Shown here: one piece after another, positions 1 through 12,441 of the stretch
Layout of the letters: each line of letters begins with the position of its first letter
How positions within the stretch are numbered: the first letter of the stretch is position 1
Assembly: GCA_012295275.1 (NCBI GenBank)
Contig: CM022673.1
Span: 28,086,001 to 28,150,000, forward strand
Direction of reading: 5' to 3'
DNA length: 64,000 nt
Source: Chrysomallon squamiferum
Lineage: Eukaryota; Animalia; Mollusca
Position numbers and translations under genes: made by a program
The notes under the pieces: generated by a model
The model's database searches: none
Seen by the model: only the letters and a program-made list of their open reading frames with translations
Told to the model about the DNA's origin: nothing

Positions 1-559
1 AATCGCATGATGACGGCTTTGTCTTCTAAGAAAACAACTTAACGGTTGTACTGTGACATCACAGAGAGAGAGAGAGACAGAGAGAGGGCCTTTGCGATAC
101 GCGTGCACTCAACCATGGCTTTCTGCAGTTTTGTCCGAGTCACTGCTGAGTCTTTTGTGCCGATGTTCCATTGTTGAAGCGGTCTAGTATACTGTAGACC
201 CATCAGGCCCGCTTCACTTAGATAAGATAAGGACTGGGCCATCCCAAATAGATGCAGTCACCAGAGACGACTACGCAACTGCTTGGAGACTGACTGACAG
301 ATGGTCAGTGTTGACTCCACACACAAAGGGCTCTGCTGTTTAATTCTACTGATGGATAGCTAACATATCTTTTTCGCCTTGGTTACAGCAGCTTTTCATA
401 CGTATATGTGTCTGGTGTGACTGGGAGAGGACCAGTGCAAAGAGGCTGGGTGCTTTAGTTAGTGCCTCTTGTTGTTGTTGTTTAAACTTGCTGTCCAGAG
501 TAAAAAAAAGAAGAAAAAAGTGAGAAAAAGAAGAAAAAAACAAACAAGCAGTGCCTTCT

Positions 560-685
560 AGAAGAGATTCTTTATTTATTTATATATATATATGTATATG
601 TGTGTGTTTGGGATCTTTTCTCTGAATTTTTGGATTGATACGACACAATGGATTTTGGACATCTGGAGCTTATTGTGACAGAAAG
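560..685 (+). other. Candidate upstream 5' exon of the zinc-finger gene
   Basis: Possible donor GAAAG|GTACC at 685/686, downstream of a relatively CpG-containing region at 1-300. The ZF exon at 5840 starts at an acceptor, so an upstream exon is needed. The 5' boundary is a guess. Confidence 0.35.
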
Positions 686-1567
686 GTACCTACTCTTTGT
701 CTACGTAAAGTTGACTTCTTCTTGTTTTTTTTAAAATGTTTTAAACTTCATGTTTATTTAGTTTTCATAGAATGCTCTTTGTTTAAATTTGATGATGCTT
801 GTTTATGTTTTGATTGTGGGGTTAGTTTAATTTTCTTTTTGTGACAAGAAAAGGGGGAATGAAAAATGCGTTGATTTGCTTGAGAATGGTATTGATTTTT
901 TTTTATGAATAAGAAAATGAGTCAGATTGTATATTGGTGTGTGCGAAGAATGCTGTTTGGGATGGATTATTTATTTTTTGTTTCTCGTTTTCTTTGTTGT
1001 GTAAGAGAGGCTTGTGGAAAGAGTACTTGGGTAAATACTAGGTTTTAGTTAAGTAATTGTTAGTACATCATGTTAAATGTGTATATAATGGGGTTTTTCT
1101 GAAAAAAATATTTTTTCTGGAGTTAGATTATTTTAAGATTAATGTTTTTGATTTTATATTTGTGTGTGTATGTATGTGAGTGTATGTGTGTAGGTTATAT
1201 ATGTATGTATATATAATATTATTATTACTATTATTATTATTATTATTATTATTATTGTTGTTGTTACTGAACAGTAATAACAGTTATTTAATGAACCTGA
1301 TATTAATGTTAGTTGCCATTGATTTTTTATTTCATAATTAGTTAGGTGGGTTTTTTCTTCTTTTTTTTTTTTCTTTTTGTCTTTTTTCATTAAACTACAA
1401 ATTATTTAAATAATTGAAAATGATAATAATGATGATTAGTTATTACATGTTATCTCTTTTTAATTTTTTTTTATTATTATGGCTTTTATTTTGCTAATAT
1501 TTAATACTAAATAGAAACTGACTGTATAATGATTAACTTGTTATTTATTTTCTATTAGCAGTAATAA

Positions 1568-1619
<52 letters not shown>

Positions 1620-3581
1620 TTCATTATTATTATCATTATTATTGTTATTATTATTATTATTTTTATTTTCATTTGCAACATAAAAAATTTTATTTTTATT
1701 TTTTAAGATTTAATTCATGTTGATAATGATGCAGTCAATAATAATGTTTTGTTACATTTTAAAATGAAAACTATTTGTTCACAATTATCATTAAAATTAG
1801 TTGAAAACAAATTAAAATTAAATTATTTAAAGGCAGTGATGAAGATAATAACCTAAAAAAAAAAAAAAAAAAACCCTACAAAATGAAGCTAATTTTGTTT
1901 ATATTTTTAAATAAAAATAAACTTTATAAAATGTATATTTAACAGTATTTTCATTCAATGGATTCTTTTTAAAAATCTTTTTAAAAAAAACAACAACAAC
2001 AACAAAACAAATTAATTCCTTTGTTACTGTAAATGATAAACCAATAAATAAAGGGGGTATTTTGTTTGTTTTTGTTTTTGTTTTTGTTTTGCAGTTGTGT
2101 AGCTTTTAATCATTTATCATCATCTGAAAGGAAATCAGTATGAAAGCTAAACAGGGTTGTCTGTTCACACACGATCAGACAGCTAGACAGAAATATTGAT
2201 ACTTCTATTTGTGTCAGTAATTACTTCTATATGAATCACCACATAGACTTGTTATTGGAAAAAAAAAATCTTTCGCCACTAAACATGCATTTCTATTAAT
2301 GGGGCCAAAGAAAATGAGTGAAGGGAGGCAACTCCTTAAACTGGACAATGGACAATGATGATGGTGATGATGACTAAAGCTTGATGTTTCATGATTAGTA
2401 ATAGATGATGAGATTGTTTTCTTTTCTTTTCTGTTAGTGGGGGGGGGGTAATGTGTGAAGCTGATGTATGATGAAGAAAGAGGGAGTTTTGTATACAAAA
2501 GAGATGAAATAGATAATAATCGAACTTCAGATTTTTCAAATGGTTATTTTTAGTGTTATTGATTGTGTTATTGGAAAAAAGCTTTTAATTTAGTATATGT
2601 ACTTTTGTAACACAAGTGGTGTTATAATAATAATAATAATAATAATAAAAATAATAAAAAATAATAATAAAAAATAAATAAATAAATAAATAAATAAATA
2701 CTGATAACAATTATTTATTTTATTTTTATTTTATTTTATTTTATTTTTTTTATTATTCCAAAGGTTTTATAAATGAGTAATTTGAAAAACTAAAATACAA
2801 AAATTACTATAATTTTTACTTTAAGAAATTTAAAATTATTTCTTTTGTATTTGAAATTTTATAAAAACAATTCTTTAATTTTACAGTGTATATTTGTTAA
2901 ATATTAAATACATTATTTTATCTATCTATCTATCTATCTATAAAATATATATATAAAACTTATAAGTGCAGGTCTTTAAATTAAAAAAAAAAATACCATA
3001 ATGTAAAAGCCTTGGTTCAGTGAGCAATAGTAAAATAATGTGTTACTGTTTACATAGCTGACCAGCATGTGTAATAATAGCTATATTAAATAACCACACA
3101 GTTGTAATATTACATAGAGGGTGTAGATTAAAATACTTATGATGTAATCAAAACCAGTTTTCCAATAATAATATATACATATTCTGTTAGGTATATATTT
3201 TATTTACCTTCTAACTGATAAAATGACCCAGAATAAAATTTAAATTTAAATCAGTCAATCTATCTATATATATAATTGTTTATGCAGAAATATATTCATC
3301 TTTAAAATTAAATAGTAGTAACAAATTCTGGCTAAAATATAAAATTGTAAGAATATTTTTTTATTGATTATACTTACATGTGTATCCATGCCAGTCCCAG
3401 TAAATGCTGTTTAAGTGTTTATGTATTTGTTTATGCATTTATTTTATTTATTTGTCTACCTGTCTGCCAGTATTAGTTATTACTCTGTTTCATTTTCTTC
3501 TTCTTCTTCATCATTTGTTATTGCTTTATTTTTCTTCTTTTCTTTTTTCATAATTTGGTTTCAGATTTTTTTGTTATTTAA

Positions 3582-3623
<42 letters not shown>

Positions 3624-5872
3624 TTTCTTTTTTAATACTTCAGATACTTCATCATATCCTTTACAAGAATCTTTTTTTTCTATCAGAAAATTCTAATAAT
3701 GTGCCATGTAATGAAAAAGTTCCACTGCTTCTGGGCTTTAATATTGTTTCTGTGATGTTGTTATGTACAGTGTAGAGTCTTTGAAAACACAGGTTCAAGG
3801 AAATCTCGACGCTGTCTTGTAATCACACTCAGTGTTTTCAAACACTGTTGTTATTTTTTACGTAAGTGTCATCATACTGAAGTATGTGGGCGATACGTGA
3901 AAAACAGTTAAGTAGATAAACACGAAAATAATTTTAATCTGTGTTTGTTTTTAAAAATAATAAAGAACAAGCAGTAGCAACAGATTAATAAGTATAATGT
4001 AAAGAAATGAAATGCGGATGTCCTAAATTCTAAATTATATTAAAAACATTTAATAATAATAATAATTATAGTAGTAGTAGTAGTAGTAGTAGTAGTAGGA
4101 GCAATCAAGTATTGATTTTAGGAAGAATAGATCAAACAAAATACTACCATTAAAACTAGAAATTTAAAAAAAAAAGCTGAATGTTTCACATGAACTAAGA
4201 TACTTGATTATTCTCATAGTTCATTGTTGTATAAGAGTACATTTTAAGATTTCCTTTTGGGACTAAGGTAACTTTTAGCCTGCTTTCATTAGATAATTGT
4301 TCAAGCATGCCTGACATGCAACGACTTTTTAACAAAACACAGAGAGAATTACATCGAAGACCTTTAGGTCCTTATTTATCTAAAAAATAATAATAATAAT
4401 AATTAAAAAAAAACAATTGGTTCTTTTCATTATCCTAAGCCATATTAACCATTTTTTAAATTTTAATTTTATTTATTTATTTTTTATTTTATTTTATTTT
4501 TATTTTCATAAATAAAACAAGCCAAAAGCTTTATTCATTCACAGAAAAATGACACATGGATATGAAGTAGTTTAAAACTGATTGATGTTATAGTCGCAAA
4601 TTGGTTATTGACTCCTGTGAGTTCTACCTTAACCAGCACGTGTTTCATCTCCATGGAGATTTGAGACAATAATAATACTAGCAGAAGAATTCTTTTTAAC
4701 AGCATACAATTAATATGTGTTGTTGTTGTAGTGGTGGTGGTGGTGGTGATGTTGTTGTTTGTTGAATTAAATTGACACGCTAGTATTTATCATCTGATTT
4801 GTGTTATTCTTCTTCTTCTTACTATTGCTGTTGTTATTACAATTGTTACATTATTATTATTATTAATATTATTATTATTAATATTATTTTTATTGTTTAT
4901 TATTATTGTTGTTTATTATTATTATTTTATTATTATTAACGTTGTTAATTAATATTCATATTTTTGTTCTTTTTTTTCTTTTTTTTGTCTTAATTAGTTA
5001 TTAAGGATATAAAAAAAAATATATATATATATAAAAAAAAAATTCACATTTCTTCTTTTTTCTTCTTTTAAAAAAAAATCCTTTCTGTTGAACATCACTG
5101 TAACTGCTTTGTTAGTTTCCTTATGGTTTCAGTTCAGAAAAACTTTTTTTTTCAGTAGTATGTATTTCCTGAGATGTACCCATTAATCAGATTTTCTGAC
5201 TACAAAATTATTCTTTTCTTTGTCTGTACATCGAGCTTTCTTTATCTGTTGTTTCATCTATAACAGCATTTACTGTAAAACCACGTTCATTCAGGCTAAA
5301 TATTCCAAAAGCAAAATGGATGCTTAGTCTTTGTAGGTTTTTGATTTATGGTAATTGTTATATTATTAATTTAAAGCCATAGCTTCCAGTAGTAGAATTT
5401 GTTTAAACCTCTTCCTTTGTCTTTTGAATTTTATTTTATTCAGTATACAAATACAAACTCAGTGTAATACTTTTTTATTATTATTTTAAATTTTAATTTT
5501 TGTTCTGTGAAGTATTTTAAATATTTTTTAAATTATATTAATAATATTGGGGGATTTTTCTTTGACTTTTGTTTCTTTGTTTGTTTTTTGGTATTATATA
5601 TATATATATATACATTAAAAAAAAGTCACTGATTTATCTTAAAGAGAGAAATGATTAATGATCGATTTTTTTTCCAAAACTAAAATATTTTATTTTCAGA
5701 AAATACATAAAGAAGAGCCAAAAATCTTATTTTTTTATATATATTTAAGAAAAATATATCACACACACATAACATACTGTATTTATTTATACTGCAAGTA
5801 AAAGAACGTGGAATTATTGTGGATCTCTGTGTTTTGCAGGAGAATGCTCCAGAGCCCGCTGTGTAATTCAGA

Positions 5873-8728
5873 ATGATGGAAATTGAATCCCGCAGCTGTT
5901 TGTCACTGCCACCTTCAGCCCTGATACAACAGCGCACAGCAAGCAGCAGCAGCAGCCCCATCAGCCACCACCCCAGCCCTCCAGTGATAACCCACAGGCC
6001 AGTCAGCACGAACCAGTCAGCAACAAGCAACATGATCATCGACTCTTCCAGCCAGCACATAGACACCGCAACGTCGCCCCCTTCCCCGCTGAAAGACCAG
6101 CTTCCAGTGGACGCATCGGCGAGCGGTGCCAGAACCAACGTCTACTCCCCCGACATCGTCGAGGACACCAGCTCGTCCTCTCTTCTCCCGCAGGCTTCAG
6201 TGGACCTGCCAGAGATGGCCAGCTACTGCGAGGAAGAGGAGGAGCAGGAGGATGAGGAGGAGGACAAGGAGCTCGCAGAGAGCTACTCCGTTCACCAGGA
6301 GGAGCCTGTGCCGTTGTTGGTCAACGGCTTCGCCAACAGCGAGGAGTCTGACGCCGTCGCTTCTCCGTCAGATCTGAGGCTGAAGAGCGGAGACTTGGAG
6401 AGCAGCGTTTGCAACAGCCCCATGTCGAGCGACGTCAGCGAGAAGCAGCGGTCGAGGAGGAAGCCGACGTTGGAGGACATCGTGCGTCGCATGAAGACTG
6501 TGGAAACGTCATACGCCAGCGACGAGAGTGATGGTGAGGTCGTGAACGGCCACCTGTCCATCGACATCAACAACGGCATGGACGAAGTGGACGGCTCTGC
6601 TGATGTCGCCATGGAGACTCGAGAGTCCACGAAAGACGAGCTGATGATGGAGGGTCGCCAGCTGATGAAACAAGAACTGCTGACAGAAAACCACCACCAG
6701 AACCTGAAACAAGAAATGTTGACAGAAAACCACCACCACCAGAACCTGAAACACCATGACTTGCTGACAGAAAACCACCACCAGAACCTGAAACACCACG
6801 ACTTGCTGACAGAAAACCACCACATGAAACAAGAAACGCTGGCCGAAAACAGGCAGAACCTTTCCAAAGACAACATGGACCCATCCCCGAAAGCTGCCCC
6901 TATGGACCCCATGATGATGTCTCCGAGGCTGGCCGAGCATCTGGAGTCGAAGGAGAACCACCCGATTTTCCAGAGCCCCAACGTCAACCTGCTCTCGTCC
7001 TTCCCTATGGCTTCCAACATCAGTGAAACTGCTTTCTCCCCACACGTGTACGCCACGCCCAAACTCAACAACTGGTTCCCGGGGTCCTTCAATGGACTGC
7101 CCCTCTTCCCGTTCTCCCCGGGCCCCATCGACCACAGCTTCGCTAGAAAGTTTCTTCCATTCGACAGCAAGATAGCAGCAGAGGTGGAGAAGGACTATCT
7201 CAAGTGCCAGTACTGTGAGAGGACGTTTCGGCGACAGAAGAACCTGGAGAACCACATTGAGAACACCCACCACGGCAAGTCTCCAGTTCGCAGGAGAGAG
7301 AATGGGACAGACATGTACTTCAAGTGCACCCACTGTCCCTACACCACCAAGCACCAAAGCAACTTGTATGTTCACCTCAGAATCCACACCGGTAAGAAAA
7401 ATCTTTTAAGTTACTGACTAACTTAGGGGGTTGCTGCAATAACTGATTTCTCCAGCAGATATGTTCAGATATTTTTTTTTTTTTTTTTATATATTATATG
7501 AATTTAAAGTTGGAATTTGTTAATGGTTAATGTGATTGACACTGTTTTTAGTAGTTTCCAGATTTGTTAAATATTGCAAACTTCACCCAATAATAAATAT
7601 TTTTTAGATATTGCAAAAATCATTAATTAATCATCCATACAGAAATGGTTCATTTTTTTCATTTCACAGATTTCTAACAAAATTAGTCTTCTGAACTTGG
7701 TGTATATTATTAGTTCAGATTCTGCTATAATGTTATATCATGCTCACTTTAATGCTTATTTGGACAACATTGAATATTTCCAACAACTTCACAATAAAGC
7801 ATTTTTCAGCATACATCTTATTAAAAAAAACATTACAGACATTTTGTCGTTAAAGGATATGCAAGTAATAACAACATGAGAAAGGTAATAAAGATATGAA
7901 AAGGTAATAACGACATTAACTATTTATTTTTGTGTAGGCGAGCGGCCGTATATCTGTGGAGCCTGCGGTGTCCAGTACAGCCAGAGTCACAGTCTGAAGA
8001 GCCACATCATCAACAAGCATGACGGCATCATGTCCTACTACATCAAGGAGAAACGCACCCGGTCCCCGCGCGGAATGGGGTACCTCACCCACATTATTCC
8101 CGACTCCCAGATGTTCAAAATGCCCTCGGCGCCGGGGATGGTGCCCGGCCTTGCGAGCAGCTTGGACCTCGCCAAACCCTTGGACATCAGCAAGAGCACC
8201 ATGGACAGCATGTCTCCGCTGTGGCAGAAGTCGAGTCCCCAGCACTACATGCTCAACGGCCACGCGTCGCCCAACTACGGGGACGTCCCCGCGAGCCGCA
8301 GTCCTCCGGGTGCTCTGCAGCAGCAGTTTCCCTCCAACAGTCGCAGCGTGACGACCACGCCGACCACATTCTCCAGCAGCAACCAGTCGCCGATGATGAT
8401 GATGGCTGCAGCAGCCCAGGAGGACAGCTGCGGCGCGATTGACCTCAGCAAGAAGTCGATGAAGGAGCAGCTGCTGACGTCTCTGTGCAACAACCACGAC
8501 AATGGCAACCTGTCCTCGTCGTCGCCCTTCCACGGCCAGTCGCTGTGCAGTAACTGTCTCCACGGCAACAAGCTGAAGATGCTGCGGAAGAACGTCGTGC
8601 GAATGCTGAGCATTCTCGTGCCAAACCTGAACTTCGAGGAGAAGGGGATCAGCGCTGACAGCGACTCAGTGGATGAGCTGCTCCAGGACGTCATAGAGAG
8701 CAACATCCATGAGGAAGACATGGAATGA
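5873..8728 (+). CDS. C2H2 zinc-finger protein (3 fingers, ~769 aa), probable transcriptional repressor; coding exons 5873-7391 and 7938-8728
   Basis: GC-rich ORFs joined by a phase-1 GT-AG intron (ACC G|GTAAG at 7391/7392; TGTGTAG|GC at 7937/7938), which restores the linker HTGERPY. Fingers: CQYC..HIENTH, CTHC..HLRIH, CGAC..HIINKH. An in-frame TAA at 5864-5866 precedes ATG 5873. Upstream acceptor TTTTGCAG|G at 5839/5840. Confidence 0.93.
6665..6860 (+). repeat. Coding tandem repeat, ~39-45 bp unit x ~5 (KQE/KHHD-LLTENHHQNL)
   Basis: Repeated TGACAGAAAACCACCACCAGAACCTGAAAC units inside ZF coding exon 1. Confidence 0.9.
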
Positions 8729-11700
8729 GGCTGGTCTTGTCTCCTCCTCAAAACAGATCATCGTTTTGTTTTTGTTCTATACACTGAAAGATCTCACGGC
8801 TGATTGAAAGGTACTGGTCACAAAGTCTGTGCTGTAAGTCTCCGATTGGGTGTTATTTGACATGGTTTTATAGTGTTGTTATTTGTCATGGTTATGCTGG
8901 GAGCTGAACACAGCAGCTCCAGTGCTGTAAGATTTTAAGTTCTGGATAAACTGATGGTTAAAATGTTAAAAAAAACGAAGTCTCTAATAGTATGATATGA
9001 TTATTTTTTAAAAAATGAGTCGTAATAAGCATTATTTAAAAGTAATTGTAAAATACATGATGGTTCAAAGAAATGCTTTCTCACTAATTAAGAAAATACA
9101 GAACTCTGTATAATACTATACCCCAAGATCAAATATAATAGATAATTAATCTTTTAATTTAAATTATTATTTTTTTTTTCTTGTGTGTACAAGCAAACTG
9201 GTCACACATATATAATGGTAAATCTGAGATGGATAATGCAGTCATTTATTTGTTTTGATTTCTTAGAGACTTTGAAATTCAAGTATAATTTATCATGCAT
9301 CTGTTACAGTATGCTTGAGTTCCTTTGAAATTATACAGACATAAATTATTTTCAGTGAATCACTGATTTTCATTTTGTAAAATGAACCACCATGATTATA
9401 CTAAAAGCACAAATTTTCAATTGATGCTATTTAAATTTTCTACTAATCTACAAAACTGAGAAAACAAACATAACAAATCAAAGTTTTGTATTTTAAAATA
9501 TTTAATCACAAAATTGTGACCTATAATTTATTACTGATTTTTTTTGGTTGGTTTAGAAATGTGTGCAGATATAATTAAAATGTAACTAATAATTCTGTAT
9601 AAGATGGTGTCAGTGTGAATATCCATCACAGTTTATATATTTAATTTACCAAAAAAAAAACAATCAACAGAATTTTATGGGAATTCTGCTTCTCTGAGAT
9701 AAAGATGAAAATGGAAAACAAAAAGAAAAACAATACTTGTTATATTATTTGACAAGAATTTTTTTTTAAATTAATTTTTTTTATTGTATTATCAAAAGAT
9801 TTTGTGTGCAATGTCAAAAATCATATTCCATAATCTTCACCAAAGCAGAACAAGTGCTGGACATATTTTTAGTTGTTTTGAGTATCTGTCTCAAAAAGAA
9901 CATTGGTTTTGATGTTCTTTGTTTGGTGCAAATTGTCTCCCTTTTGGAGCTTGCGTTATGTAGTGTTTGGATCACAGAAGAAACAAAAAAAGAAGAAGAA
10001 GAAAAAAAAACACATATCTCCATTTATCAGTGACAAATACCAGTATATATCTCACCTGTTGTTGATTAATATGTTGAATACTGTATCTGTGCGATACACA
10101 ATTTCATTGTTGAACCATTTTAACATCCGTTTTACAAACTCATATATTGGCATTTATGAACTTTTTTAAACATGATTATTATTCTCCTACCCCCCTTCCT
10201 ACCCACAATGCAGCATTGCATATCATCATTGTTGTGACAGTTATTTTGGTGCCTACACCAAAGTGTTTATAATCATACCTGTCTATATCTGTGAGAAAGA
10301 AAGGGACAAAAAAAACAAAAAGTATTTTTTTGTGAAATAGTATTATGTCATATTTATGCATATTTTGGGACCAATGATAAGCAATTTCCATTTCTTTTTT
10401 TTGTTGACCCTGACACATATATATATATTTTTGTTTGCCAAAATGACGAAGAGTCGCTAAAACAGATGAAGTCATTGTAACTCGAGTCATAAATATTTTC
10501 CACTTTATTTTTCTGTCCAGTCATTATTTCATCATCGTTTTTACACAAAAAGAAAAATGAAAGAAATGAAACCATTCCTTGTTTTTTTTTGTTTTCATTG
10601 TTGATGCTTTGAGCATTCCATCTTTTCCTTGTAACGCATCATCCAAATGGTGCATTATGGTTATTTGACTTTATAAATTATTTACATATGTTATTCACTG
10701 ATGTTCGAACAACAACTTTTTAATCATTTAAAAGTCCTGTCCTGCACAGGTTAGTGTATGTCATTTTCAGACAGTGATTGCATCTCAGTTCAGTTCTTTC
10801 AGCAAAAGAGAAAGAGAGAGAGACACACAAAATATTATACCCATGTCAGGCTTGCTTCAGTATTTGGCTGGAGGTAACTTGCCTACAGTTAACTTACACC
10901 CATGTTTATCTGACACTAAGGGTCATTACTCAGAAATCTGTATTAAGCTGCTGATTAAACAGTCAAACACTGAGAACTGAATGTTCAAGTCCTGTTTTTC
11001 AAAACTGCAAATGTTTTAACTGCAAACATGAGCCATTAAAAAAATAAAACCATATAAGACCAAAACAGGCTGCAGAAATTCAGCTCTGTATTTCTGAAAA
11101 TTTAGCCAAAGATTACAAATTCAAACTAAACTGTTTTTATTTTTTATATTTTTATAATATTTTAATTTTAATTTTTTTTTTAAAACTACCGTGATTTGCT
11201 GTTGTTTCAGAACTGACCTGTTCTCACTGACTGAAAATTGTACAAGAACCTGGGTGCTTCCATTGTGCCCGATTATCAGAGTTATATATTGATTACGTAC
11301 ATGGTTGTGAATAACATTGTGCCACTGAATCAAGTATCTATTTTGGACTGTGCATGCTGTAATATTATTTTTATAGGTGTAGTAGTACTTATCATGGTAG
11401 GAAAGGACTCTGGTCAGGAATTGTTCCTCTACAAGCACTCGGTTAAAAATAAAACAGTTTAAAATATACACTAGAATACATCCCAAGCTCTGTTATGTAT
11501 GAATATTGTCTTAGGATGATTGATGTGTTGCAGTCTTTGTAAAATGACGTCTGTTTTACAATGTAAAAGTGTTTAGTTGCATCAAACATAACAGATTTAA
11601 AAACAAACATGAAGCTCTTTGTTTGGCTTGTATATTTGAATTTTTTTTTTTTTTTTTTTTTTTTTAATGTTTTTTTTACAGAATGTTAGAAAATGTGAAT

Positions 11701-12400
11701 TTATTAAGAAAAGAAAACAGATTAAATTCAGAATGAAAAAAAAGACCTAGCATAGTAATTTTAAAACTTTATTGTCATTATTTTTAATTTAATTTTTAAT
11801 TTTTTTTTTTGATTTTGATGTTTAATAGGGGAACAATTCTTGTCGAAACTTAGATGTTTGTTTTAAAAACCAGAACCCGAATTAGCTGTTGATATAGTCT
11901 TGTAACAGTCTAGTGTTTTTTTGTGACTTTGAATATTTTAATATTATAAAAAATTAAAAACCAAGTCCTCTGTGGAAGCAATAAGTTGTTCTAATGTGCA
12001 GCTGATTATAGCAAATTTGAAGTTTAAAAACAAAACAAACTGCTAGCAAAGCTAATTATATTTTTATAATCATTAAAAAAAAAAAAAAAAAAAAAATTAA
12101 TAATTTTAGTTTTTTTTTTTTCCCCCTCTCCTTCCCTTGTGGTTGTTATCATTTTATCTTTGTACATAATATTTCTTTGATAATGTCTTCCGTCATTTAT
12201 GAATCAAGAAATGAAAAAAAATAAAAAATAAAAATTGAAAAAAAAATATAAAAAATAATCCTAAGTGAATGGAACACACAAGAAAAACTAAACCATACTT
12301 GTAGGCTTCTAATCAATGGTTGTGAGTTGCCCTACACGCCTTCATATGGTGTCAAAGTATAACACAGATTATGAAAATTTATATATGATTATATAAATAC

Positions 12401-12441
<41 letters not shown>

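Noticed and set aside
6292-7387. Two 292-aa antisense ORFs and other overlapping ORFs across the ZF exons (also 7916-8563, 8275-8751)
   Set aside because: Shadow ORFs caused by GC3-rich codon usage and the coding repeat on the + strand; no motifs or splice support.
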